Virus record (IMG/VR): IMGVR_UViG_3300032087_003094
Span: 10,481 to 74,480 of that record
Strand: one strand, 5' to 3'
Source of the DNA: a virus
DNA length: 64,000 bases
Positions 1-9,258 of the stretch are shown piece by piece. Position 1 is the first letter of the stretch. Every line of letters begins with the position of its first letter. A model generated the notes under the pieces. It had not been told where the DNA came from. It was given only the letters and a program-made list of their open reading frames with translations, and did no database searches. The position numbers were made by a program, and so were the translations under genes.

Positions 1-1079
1 ACGACACTATAAGCTCTTTTGATAGCCCCGAGTCCCCTAATTGGCGCGTATCAAACCTTGTCGCCGGAACTAAAGTAAATCTAGGCACTGGCACAAACAC
101 GTCCGATGTAGGATATAACCCTTTCACTAAACGATTTGGATTCATTCGTAACAACTTTGGCACTGTCACTGAAATAAGTGAATCGGACATTGTTAATAGC
201 GTAGCCTCCCCCACCTTAATTAGAGCCGTTACTATTTTAGGTTTGGGTGGTTTGAATGATACCGAGGGTCTTACTGATGTTTATCAGAATTTAACGGAAG
301 GTGGGTACGAGTTTTGGTTTTGTATCGAGAATGGTGGAAGAAACTGGATCTATAACGCCCCCTTCACTGAAGATGACATGTTCAGCACTTCTAATGTTAA
401 CGTTACTCAAAGACAAGAGTTAATTGTTGCAAAAAATTCAGCTGGAACCAATGACGGCTTAGAGGGGGTAGGATTTCACCTGACCAATCAGCAATTATTA
501 GCATGCCAGGAAGGTGCTGTGGATGTTAGAAGGCTATTCTTAATGAACAGGCCTACCAATAGAGATACAGATTACAGTTATTCAAACACGGGGGCCCACA
601 CTGGAGCAGATAACGCCGCAACATTAACCGATTCAGCTCAAGATTGGGAGGTTAACCACTGGACCGGTGAGAACATCGACAATATTACCGACGGCTCATC
701 AAATAGCAGCGTCACATCGAACACAGCAACAACCATCACAGCTACTCTATCAGGCGGCACAGATAACGACTGGGACACAGGTGATGAGTACTTAGTGGGT
801 GATGGCAATTTAGTGGTAACAGAGCCTTTTGATGCTGACTCGGTAATCCCGTCTGGAGAGCTAGCAAGTTGTATATTTCACCCGCCTACAGGTCATATGC
901 TGCTGTTATCAAGTTCTGGAACATCTGTCTATCAATACACCTTCGACGGAACTCTAATCGACACCTTAGATATATCAGGGCAATCGTTTGGAAATGCGGA
1001 AGGTTTATGTATGCATGGTGACAACCTGGTAATTATGGGGGAGGTGGACGAATGCGTTTATTACACCTATACGCCATAG
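1..1079 (+). CDS. 5'-truncated YjiK/SdiA-regulated-like beta-propeller protein (putative virion/fibre protein) carrying an inserted ~68-aa domain
   Basis: Frame is open from nt 3, upstream of the listed 243 start. Repeated blade motifs DTEGL, DGLEGV, NAEGLC..LVIMGE. Similar to the middle of 39536..41611. Confidence 0.6.
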   Translation, partial: DTISSFDSPESPNWRVSNLVAGTKVNLGTGTNTSDVGYNPFTKRFGFIRNNFGTVTEISESDIVNSVASPTLIRAVTILGLGGLNDTEGLTDVYQNLTEGGYEFWFCIENGGRNWIYNAPFTEDDMFSTSNVNVTQRQELIVAKNSAGTNDGLEGVGFHLTNQQLLACQEGAVDVRRLFLMNRPTNRDTDYSYSNTGAHTGADNAATLTDSAQDWEVNHWTGENIDNITDGSSNSSVTSNTATTITATLSGGTDNDWDTGDEYLVGDGNLVVTEPFDADSVIPSGELASCIFHPPTGHMLLLSSSGTSVYQYTFDGTLIDTLDISGQSFGNAEGLCMHGDNLVIMGEVDECVYYTYTP

Positions 1080-3065
1080 ATGGCTGATTATTTAGGCTCA
1101 GCAGTAGCTGCAGACGGCGATAGTTATACGGTTAATACTGGTGCTGATTTTTTAGTCTGGATACCTTACGGCTACAGAAGCGGCACAACAACAGCTAGCG
1201 GGCAAGATTTTGGCGGCGCTGCGCTAACGGAGGTTCAAGACAACAGTATCAACTTGGCTGGTCTTGGTGATCCAACAATAAACCTATCTTACAAAGTTGC
1301 CCCCGTTCTTACTGCGCAAACTCTTAGTCTAACTTGGTCGGGCGCTTTAACTGATGAGAATGGTTATGGGATTTCTCTTGAAGATGTTGATCAAATAAAC
1401 CCAATACCAGCAGTCAATGGTGAAGACTCTGGAACCTACACAACAGACAACTCGCCATCGCTAACTTATGACGCGCCCGCAGGCGCAACAGTGCTTTACT
1501 ATAAGTTTCATTGCACAAACGGCGCCAGCACAATAGGAACCCCTACAGGATTTACTTTAGTAGCTAATGACATTCTACTGACTACTCCAGCATATAGACA
1601 GGTATCAATCTTTAGAAAAAAGGTAACAGCTGACGAGACCGGTGAAACTGTAATAGCGACAACCTCTGGAAGCTCGCCAATAGGGGGCTGTCATGGGCTT
1701 GTTGTAATTCAATCACCCGTAGTATTGCCAGGGGTTAATATAGCTACCGTTGGCGGTGATGACGTTGTAGAGATAGGTGAAAACAATGTAATTATCGCTG
1801 GCACAGGATTTGAGGCAGTTCAAGGTACTGGCGATATAACAATTAGCCCATCTGATAATGTAGCAGACCCTTTAGCGGTAACTATATCAACAGTTGATTC
1901 GTGGGCTGACACTAGCATTCAATTCGATATACCCTCAGCTATAAGCCTCCTGTATGGGGACGTTTACTTTTTTGTCACAAATGACAGCGCAGAGGTTAAC
2001 GCTAGCGGGCATTTAGCCTCATTAACCACGCCAGCCGGAAGGCAGTATTTAACCATAAGAGAGCAAAACGATTTAGGTGTTCTTTTAAATACCACCGGAA
2101 TAGAGTTAGATGCTGACCAGCTAGAATGGCAAACCCTATCCAATGGCGGCGGAACAGTTTATATAGGCCCATCAGGCACAGTTTACATTTACAATTATGC
2201 TGGCTCAGTGCCGGCAACTGAAGAAATTTATATAAGGCTTGGAGATGATACTGATAAAACGTGGTCAGCAGACGCGCTAGAAACAATCACTATAGGCTCA
2301 CTCTCTGCTACGCTATCAGGTGTTTCAGGTGTTTATGTCGCTGGAAATCTATCGGTAGAGACAAATATTGCATTAACTGGAAATTCTGGAGCGTACGCAG
2401 TAGGCAGCGTGACTGCATCCACAGCTATCGATATAGAGCTAACAGGAAATGCAGGAACTTACAGTGTTGGAAGTGTCGATAACCAAACACAAATCAACCT
2501 AACGGGCGTAGCTGGAGCATATTCAGTAGGCAACCTAGACAATCAAACCGATATATCAATCACTGGTAATGCAGGCTCTTATGCCGTCGGAAACGTTGTG
2601 CCTGTAGGTGATGTTACCATTCCATTAACCGGCAACTCTGGAACTTACTCGGTAGGTAATTTATCACCAGAAGGCGATCAAACATTAGCTGTAACAGGTA
2701 ACGTCGGAACTTATCAAGTAGGCAATGTAACCGTATCAACAGCAATTAACACACCAATAACTGGAGTAACTGCTTCCTATTCTGTTGGAAATCTAGAAAA
2801 TGCCACACAAGCTCAATTAACAGGCGTTTCAGGCTCTTATGATGTAGGAAGTCTAGGCGTTGCCGGACCAGTCACTACGTTTATAACCGGCGTAAGTGGA
2901 AGCTTCTCAGTAGGCTCTATGGGCGTAATAAACCAAATAGACCAAACAACCAGAAACAACGCAAGAACAAGTTTTGAAGCAAGGCAAAATAGAGAATCAA
3001 GTTCAGGCGCAAGAGCTAACAGAACAAGTAACTCATCAGTGCGACCAAACAGAACCAGCAGATAA
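1080..3065 (+). CDS. Putative virion fibre/decoration protein: N-terminal beta domain, Ig-like segment, ~22-25 aa repeats, Arg-rich tail
   Basis: SGQDFGG..LAGLGDPTI is shared with the N-terminus of 39536..41611. About 11 repeats of LTGNxGxYxVGx. C-terminus RNNARTS..RPNRTSR. Confidence 0.6.
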   Translation: MADYLGSAVAADGDSYTVNTGADFLVWIPYGYRSGTTTASGQDFGGAALTEVQDNSINLAGLGDPTINLSYKVAPVLTAQTLSLTWSGALTDENGYGISLEDVDQINPIPAVNGEDSGTYTTDNSPSLTYDAPAGATVLYYKFHCTNGASTIGTPTGFTLVANDILLTTPAYRQVSIFRKKVTADETGETVIATTSGSSPIGGCHGLVVIQSPVVLPGVNIATVGGDDVVEIGENNVIIAGTGFEAVQGTGDITISPSDNVADPLAVTISTVDSWADTSIQFDIPSAISLLYGDVYFFVTNDSAEVNASGHLASLTTPAGRQYLTIREQNDLGVLLNTTGIELDADQLEWQTLSNGGGTVYIGPSGTVYIYNYAGSVPATEEIYIRLGDDTDKTWSADALETITIGSLSATLSGVSGVYVAGNLSVETNIALTGNSGAYAVGSVTASTAIDIELTGNAGTYSVGSVDNQTQINLTGVAGAYSVGNLDNQTDISITGNAGSYAVGNVVPVGDVTIPLTGNSGTYSVGNLSPEGDQTLAVTGNVGTYQVGNVTVSTAINTPITGVTASYSVGNLENATQAQLTGVSGSYDVGSLGVAGPVTTFITGVSGSFSVGSMGVINQIDQTTRNNARTSFEARQNRESSSGARANRTSNSSVRPNRTSR

Positions 3066-3110
3066 TGCTATAATTAACCCGACAACAGCAAAGAAAGAGA
3101 GATAAAGATA

Positions 3111-3530
3111 GTGAACACTAACCTGACAGACAAGCAAAGACGCTTTGTAGAATTTTATTGTGGTGAATGTAAATTTAACGCAACTCAAGCAGCTATTAAA
3201 GCTGGGTACAGTAAAGCATCTGCAGATGTGATTGGATGTGAGAACTTAGTAAAACCTAGTATACAAAAAGCAATACAAGCTTTTATGGATAAAGTAACAG
3301 ATGAGGCTCTAGTAACGACAGAATGGGTAGTAGAAAGGCTTAAACTTGAATCAGAGAGGGATGATGAAGGGTCAAGTCATTCAGCTCGTATAAGCGCTCT
3401 TGGAAAGCTTAGCGACTATACCGGCGGATTTGATAAGAATAAGAATCATACTGTTCACTCTGGCTCTGTAGGATTTAAAGATATCACCCAAATGACAGAT
3501 GAAGAGCTCGAAAACGAACTCAATCAGTAG
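3111..3530 (+). CDS. terS: Terminase small subunit (module A)
   Basis: LTDKQRRFVEFY..NATQAAIKAGYS motif of the Terminase_2 family. Confidence 0.9.
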   Translation: MNTNLTDKQRRFVEFYCGECKFNATQAAIKAGYSKASADVIGCENLVKPSIQKAIQAFMDKVTDEALVTTEWVVERLKLESERDDEGSSHSARISALGKLSDYTGGFDKNKNHTVHSGSVGFKDITQMTDEELENELNQ

Positions 3531-3572
3531 CATACTGACCTGAGTCGACCTCGAACGCGACTAACGTGCAGT

Positions 3573-3600
3573 AGCCTCCCTTTATCACGGAGGCTTTTTT
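3573..3600 (+). terminator. Intrinsic terminator after terS
   Basis: AGCCTCC/GGAGGCT stem followed by a T run. Confidence 0.8.
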
Positions 3601-3642
3601 ATGCCCAAAACACTAAATATAACGAATAATTCCTTTAATCTA

Positions 3643-3670
3643 TTGATTATGATGAATAGTTCGGTATAAT
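3643..3670 (+). promoter_or_regulatory. Sigma70-like promoter for the small-gene block between terS and terL
   Basis: TTGATT-16-TATAAT, then AAGGAG RBS before ATG 3701. Confidence 0.55.
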
Positions 3671-3700
3671 AGTTAGCGTATTTGAAAAAAGGAGTATCTA

Positions 3701-3796
3701 ATGTTTGAGCTTATTTTAATAGCCACTTTATGGGTGATTATATTCTCGCTTTGGGGTATAGAATGCGCGATAAAAAAGTTAAGAGGCGGCCAGTAA
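3701..3796 (+). CDS. Small membrane peptide (31 aa, not in ORF track)
   Basis: MFELILIATLWVIIFSLWGIECAIKKLRGGQ; GGAG RBS; stop overlaps next ATG. Confidence 0.6.
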   Translation: MFELILIATLWVIIFSLWGIECAIKKLRGGQ

Positions 3797-4092
3797 TGAC
3801 AGGGGTGACATTTGACAGAGGCCTTTTAATATGGGTTGTTGGCGAGAGGCAGCATTATGTTAAAGGCATGATGAGAGCCATCGATAAAGCTAGGAATCCA
3901 AGTTTAATTTATGATAAACGCTTCTCTAAAACCGACGGGCTTCGAGTTATACGATCATTCGAGAGAGTTAACGAAATACCATTTGACCCCTACAACAAAA
4001 CGCACCTTCTTTACATCTCAAGGATGGCTGGGCACGAACACTTTTTCAGAAGGTTTAAAAAAGTTATGCAGGAAGCTGGATTGAGGGGGTAA
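3796..4092 (+). CDS. Hypothetical protein (likely start 3796)
   Basis: TAATG coupling with the upstream peptide. Confidence 0.6.
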   Translation: MTGVTFDRGLLIWVVGERQHYVKGMMRAIDKARNPSLIYDKRFSKTDGLRVIRSFERVNEIPFDPYNKTHLLYISRMAGHEHFFRRFKKVMQEAGLRG

Positions 4093-4095
4093 GCA

Positions 4096-4260
4096 ATGAG
4101 CGCATCACAAACAGCCAGACTTATGGGAGCATCATCTATCAAAGATATAGCCTCATACTATGGTAAACACCCAGATACGATTCAAAACTATTACAAGAAT
4201 AACCGTGAGCTATTTAATGCCATGGTTAAATACTATGTTGAGAATAAGGAGGTGGAATGA
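4096..4260 (+). CDS. Small HTH DNA-binding protein (54 aa, not in ORF track)
   Basis: SIKDIASYYGKHPDTIQNYY helix-turn-helix pattern; GAGG RBS; ATGA coupling to next gene. Confidence 0.6.
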   Translation: MSASQTARLMGASSIKDIASYYGKHPDTIQNYYKNNRELFNAMVKYYVENKEVE

Positions 4261-5590
4261 TGCCATACTCTGCGTTGATTTACGCTGCCGCTGAGGCGGA
4301 GCGATCTTACTGGTCAAAGCAAGTGCCTATAGATTATGATCGATACAAGGACGACTGTATTCTAACTGGCTCCCATGTGCCAACTTACACCCAGTACGTG
4401 CTAGGCTGCAAAATGGATAGAGATATAAGGATGGCCAAAGCTAGAGAGGAGAAGGCTAAGGATGAGGCTGTAGATTGGGAGGTGTTTTGCAATAGATTTT
4501 ACCGAGAAGAGGTAGAGCTGAGATCAAAAAGGTCGAAGTTTAATCTTGTAGCAAGCTATATATTGCTAGGTATTATCAAGACTGTTGAATTTATAAGGGA
4601 AAAGAGGCAATGAACAATAAAGATATAAAAACATTAGAAATAAGGGTTAGAAATTTAGAACGTATGGTTTATTGCATGACTGGGCTAATACTTCGTCGCG
4701 CAGATAAGGATGACTTTCTTGAGTCTTTGAATAGTTTTAATATATCCCTAGACCGCCTTGGTGTTGACAAGTCTGCTACGGATTTTATAAAGGAGGTCGA
4801 ATGATTTTTTGGAGTGAAGATGAATATAACAGGCTGGATGAGGCCAAAAGTAGGAATGATGCGCTGTTTTTAAATAGTCTTATATGTCCACAGGCTCACC
4901 GATCTCTATTCACCACTTCAGCCACGCAGCGCTTGAGCGGTTTACAGCAGAACAGCAACCAAGCAGAGATAGATAGGTTCTTTAAATTGCGAGAAAAATC
5001 AGCCAGCAAGTCGTTTGAAGTAGAGATTAAGGTGGCGCTTGACGATCTTCATGATAGCGTTTTCAGCGTCATTGAAGAATCCATTTGCGAGCTTAAAATT
5101 TCAGATAAAACAATAATGCCTTTAAGGGGTGAGGGAAATCAATGACTAAAAAAATTAACTGGAAATCAAGAGCGGCTGAAATATACCACATATCACTAGC
5201 TGAAGCTGAAGAGCTAAAGGAGTCTGGAAATACCAAAGACGCGCCACTAGCATTCATGAAGATAGGTGCAGCTATGGCACTACAAGACTTGTTGCTCGAG
5301 TATGGTGTAGATGTCGAGCAAGAAAAGAAATCTAAGATAGTGCTGCTGTCATGAGTGAGTTCAAGTTAAATGATAAGGTTTGGGTTATTCGAAACAATGA
5401 AGTGTCGGAGGTTGTTGTTTGCGGAGTTACTGATGAGCTAGTTGCTAAAGGTGGGATGGTTAGGGAATGCTCTTATTACTTTGTAGCAGATTCTGACCTT
5501 TTTGTAGATATTCAAGGGCGCATGAAGCTAGAGCAGCATTTAGTTTTTAGAACTAAAGAGGCTTTAATAAAAAGCTTGTTAGATGAATAA
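4257..5590 (+). CDS. Run of five translationally coupled hypothetical genes (4257-4613, 4610-4804, 4801-5145, 5142-5354, 5351-5590)
   Basis: ATGA overlaps and GGAGG-type RBSs; no recognisable family. Confidence 0.65.
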
Positions 5591-7076
5591 AAAAAATCCA
5601 GCTAAGAAAAAAAGGGCTGAGCTAGAAAGAAAAGTCCTAATCAAAAGAGAGTTAGAGAGGCGTAAGAAAGCTAATCTAGCTTTTGATCAATACAATCAGT
5701 TTTACGACTGGCAAAAAGACTTCTGCGCAGCCACCGCTGATTACTTCGAGTCGTGTCTATGTGCAGCAAATCAAATCGGTAAGACGTTCACCGGTACAAC
5801 TATTGACTCGTTCCATCTCACCGGCGACTATCCAGAAGGCTACCAAGGGCATAAGTTTGACTTCGCTCCTTTGTGCTGGGGTCTTGGTTATTCTATGGAA
5901 AAGTGTCGAGACCTACTACAAAAAGCTTTGTTCGGTGATTATGTTGGTAAAGAGTTTACTGGCGGTCTAGTCCCTAAAGATAAGATAGTAAGCTGGGAGT
6001 CTGCCACTGGGACGCCTAATGCAATGAGAACAGTTAGAGTTAGGCATAAAACTGGCGGCACATCAGTTATTCAATTCTGGTCATATACTCAAGGCCAGCA
6101 TGCCATTATGGGAGATGTTGTTGACTGGTTCCATGTGGATGAAGAGCCGAGAGACCAAACAATCAGACCTCAAGTTCTAACCAGGACTATTAATGGTGAC
6201 AAAGGCAAAGGTGGTAGAGGGATATATACCTTTACTCCTGAGAATGGTCGAACAGAGCTAGTCATTAAGTTTATGGACGACCCAAGCAAAGACCAGTTCT
6301 TTATGCAGAAAGGCTGGATTGATGCGCCTCATATCACAGAAGAGAAACGGGAAAGGATGCTCGAACAGTATCCGGCTCATCAGAGAGATATGAGAACCAA
6401 AGGTATTCCAATGCTAGGTCATGGTCGAATCTATGACTTGTCCGAAGAGTTTATTAAGTGTGACCCATTTGAAATCCCAAGTCACTGGTTTGTTATTGGG
6501 GGAATGGACTTTGGTTGGGACCATCCTCAATCTCAAGTTAAACTGGTTGAAGATAGGGATACTGGCACGTTTTACTTAACTCACTGCTGGAAAGCCTCTA
6601 AAGTTTCTGCCAATGACGCTTGGGGCGCCGTTAAATCATGGCAATCTAATATTCCTGTAGCTTGGCCTCATGACGGACTGCAAAACGAGAAGGGTCGAGA
6701 TGATGCCGTACAACAGAAGGTTCATTATCAAAATGCTGGATTTAGAATGACCTCGGAACATGCTACTCACCCCCCAATCAACAAAGCCGGAAAGATCCAC
6801 GCGGGAGGAAATAGTGTCGAGCATGGGCTTTACGAAATAAGAGATTTAATGTGCAAAGGCAAGTTTAAAGTGTTTAGTGGATGCCTAGAGTTTTTTAACG
6901 AGTTCAATCAATACCATAGAGATGACAAAGGTAAAATTGTAAAAGTAATGGATGACATCTTGGACGGAGTGCGCTACGCCTATATGATGCGTCGATATTC
7001 TGTTAGAATTGGTGATATAATGGCACCAATCAAGAAAGTTTACATACCCCAGCCTTTAAAAACTATGGGAAGATAG
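5583..7076 (+). CDS. terL: Terminase large subunit, P22 gp2-like (module A)
   Basis: Walker A AANQIGKT, Walker B DEEP, TFTPENG, nuclease GMDFGWDHP and DDILDGVRYA. Confidence 0.95.
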   Translation: MNKKNPAKKKRAELERKVLIKRELERRKKANLAFDQYNQFYDWQKDFCAATADYFESCLCAANQIGKTFTGTTIDSFHLTGDYPEGYQGHKFDFAPLCWGLGYSMEKCRDLLQKALFGDYVGKEFTGGLVPKDKIVSWESATGTPNAMRTVRVRHKTGGTSVIQFWSYTQGQHAIMGDVVDWFHVDEEPRDQTIRPQVLTRTINGDKGKGGRGIYTFTPENGRTELVIKFMDDPSKDQFFMQKGWIDAPHITEEKRERMLEQYPAHQRDMRTKGIPMLGHGRIYDLSEEFIKCDPFEIPSHWFVIGGMDFGWDHPQSQVKLVEDRDTGTFYLTHCWKASKVSANDAWGAVKSWQSNIPVAWPHDGLQNEKGRDDAVQQKVHYQNAGFRMTSEHATHPPINKAGKIHAGGNSVEHGLYEIRDLMCKGKFKVFSGCLEFFNEFNQYHRDDKGKIVKVMDDILDGVRYAYMMRRYSVRIGDIMAPIKKVYIPQPLKTMGR

Positions 7077-7077
7077 A

Positions 7078-9138
7078 ATGCTAACAGCTACAGACGTAAG
7101 AGACCTCCACGACAAAGCTTATACCCACGGACAAACAACAAGAGAAAAAGCGGCAGACGATTTACTGTTTTTTTGGTTAAGCCAGTGGGATGACACACAG
7201 CTAGGAGGCTCATCGCTTCAGTATCGTGGCCAATTCGATATGCTTCGAAAGGCTGCTCGTCAAATTATATCAGACATTAAAGCAAACCCAGTGCAGGTTG
7301 ACTTCGAGCCAATTGAAGACACTGACGAGTCAGGCGCAGACATTATTGACGGCATGTATCGTTCAGATATGCGTAACAATTCAGCATTAGAGGCAAGAGA
7401 AAACGCTATCACGGAATCAATTGTTTGCGGCGTTGGCGCATGGGAGCTCTACACTACCTATAAAACTAGACGAAACGGCGACAATCGACAGATAATCAAC
7501 CGCAGGCCGCTATTTGAAGCCAACAATCAAGTATTCTGGGATCCTAACGCAAAGCTTAATGACAAATCGGACGCTAATTACGTGTCGTGCTTGGTTGGGT
7601 ATTCAGAAGATGGATATAAGCAGCTTGTTAAAGAGTTAGGTGGCGATGAGGTAGATGATGTTCCTAAGTCGTTCGCATTTCCTGAGCACTCCTACGTTTT
7701 CCCATGGCTTACTGGAAACACCGATTATTACGTCACTCGATTCTATCATCGAACCAAGAAGAAAGTTAAGATATTCCTATTTGCTGATGCGATTGGTAGC
7801 GAGCAAGAGGTTAGAGAAGATGATCTCGACGATAAAGAAGACGAATTGATTGATAATGACTTTCAGTTAATCGACGAAATCGAAAAGGAAGTCTACGAGG
7901 TTAAGCTTTACATCGTGGGCGGCGGTGATGAGGTATTAGATTGCTCAGTTATACCTGGTGAGCATATACCAGTCATCCCCAATTACGGAGAAAGGGCTTT
8001 TGTTGAAGGTGAGGAGCATTACGAAGGTATAGTCAGGCTAGCAAAAGACCCTCAAAGGCTGAGAAACTTCCAGCTGTCCTATCTTGCAGATATTGTATCT
8101 AAGAGCCCGAGACAGAAACCTATATTCTTTCCTGAGCAGATACAAGGTTTCGAGTATATGTATGAAGAAGCTGGGGCTGATAACAACTTCCCTTACCAAC
8201 TTCAAAACATGAAGGACGCTAACGGAGACCCGTTACCAATTGGCGCTCAAAGTGTTATGCCTGAACAGCCAATGCCTCAAGCTCTTATCGCAAGTATACA
8301 AGCGTCAAGAGAAGCTATTAATGATGTAGCCAGTGAAGGTCTACCCCAAAATATTACTGATATGGATTTAAGTGGTGAGGCTTTAGTCCAAATAGAAAAA
8401 TTATTTGATAAGCAATCTTTTATTTATCAACACAACCTTAAAGCAGCTCTTAGGCGCGATGGTGAGGTTTATGCCTCAATGGCTTCTGTTGTATATGATA
8501 CAGAGCAAGAAGTCTCACTAGTTAAGCCTGACGGTGTAGCATCTAAAGAAGTTATCAATCAGCAGGAGATAGATCCAGAAACGCTACAACTTGTAGTCAA
8601 AAATGACGTCAAAAGTTACATATTTGACGTCTATGCCGACATTGGACCAAGCTTTCAATCCGTTAAAGAGCAGAGCCGCAAAGAGTTAAAGGAGATGATT
8701 AACAGTGAAGCCCCTGACAGTCCTATGCGTCAAATGATGCTGCTTGAATATATGACTATGATTGATGGTGTAGCGTTTAAATCAATGAGAGAGTACGCGA
8801 GGAATCAATTGGTGCTACAGGGTTATGCTGAACCTGAAACTGATGAAGAGAAGCAGATGCTTGCTCAACAGCAGCAATCACAACAAGAACAACCAGATCC
8901 AGCTCTATTGATAGCTCAAGCTGAAATGGGTAAGGCTCAGGCTGAGCAAATGAATGCTCAATCCAATATGATGGATACTCAAATAGATCAATATAATGCA
9001 GAAACTAGCAGGGCTAAAGTTATGGTTGATGCTAAAAAAGCGGATGCCGAGATAAACTTCAAGAACATCCAATCACAAGGCGCTCGAATAGACAACGTAA
9101 GAAAAGTCACCGGCGCAGACCTAAGGCAGAGAGCATAG
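7078..9138 (+). CDS. Portal protein, P22 gp1-like
   Basis: Follows TerL; 686 aa; GIVRLAKDPQRLRN; Gln-rich C-terminal barrel helix. Confidence 0.9.
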   Translation: MLTATDVRDLHDKAYTHGQTTREKAADDLLFFWLSQWDDTQLGGSSLQYRGQFDMLRKAARQIISDIKANPVQVDFEPIEDTDESGADIIDGMYRSDMRNNSALEARENAITESIVCGVGAWELYTTYKTRRNGDNRQIINRRPLFEANNQVFWDPNAKLNDKSDANYVSCLVGYSEDGYKQLVKELGGDEVDDVPKSFAFPEHSYVFPWLTGNTDYYVTRFYHRTKKKVKIFLFADAIGSEQEVREDDLDDKEDELIDNDFQLIDEIEKEVYEVKLYIVGGGDEVLDCSVIPGEHIPVIPNYGERAFVEGEEHYEGIVRLAKDPQRLRNFQLSYLADIVSKSPRQKPIFFPEQIQGFEYMYEEAGADNNFPYQLQNMKDANGDPLPIGAQSVMPEQPMPQALIASIQASREAINDVASEGLPQNITDMDLSGEALVQIEKLFDKQSFIYQHNLKAALRRDGEVYASMASVVYDTEQEVSLVKPDGVASKEVINQQEIDPETLQLVVKNDVKSYIFDVYADIGPSFQSVKEQSRKELKEMINSEAPDSPMRQMMLLEYMTMIDGVAFKSMREYARNQLVLQGYAEPETDEEKQMLAQQQQSQQEQPDPALLIAQAEMGKAQAEQMNAQSNMMDTQIDQYNAETSRAKVMVDAKKADAEINFKNIQSQGARIDNVRKVTGADLRQRA

Positions 9139-9149
9139 TTTCAATAAAT

Positions 9150-9258
9150 TTGCAGCTGGTACTTAATAGTTTTATACTATAGGTACTGGCGAGTGAGTAC
9201 GCAAACCCGAATATAGGCGGTCTTACCTATAGTTATCGTTCACTACGAGGATAATCAA
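9150..9258 (+). promoter_or_regulatory. Promoter and structured leader of the scaffold gene
   Basis: TTGCAG-17-TATACT; ACTATAGGTA/TACCTATAGT inverted repeat (9176-9185/9224-9233); small hairpin over the GAGG RBS. Confidence 0.55.

Noticed and set aside
3535-3565. Hammerhead ribozyme (also considered at 37093)
   Set aside because: CUGA is followed by three nucleotides before GA, and the GAAA after stem II is missing.
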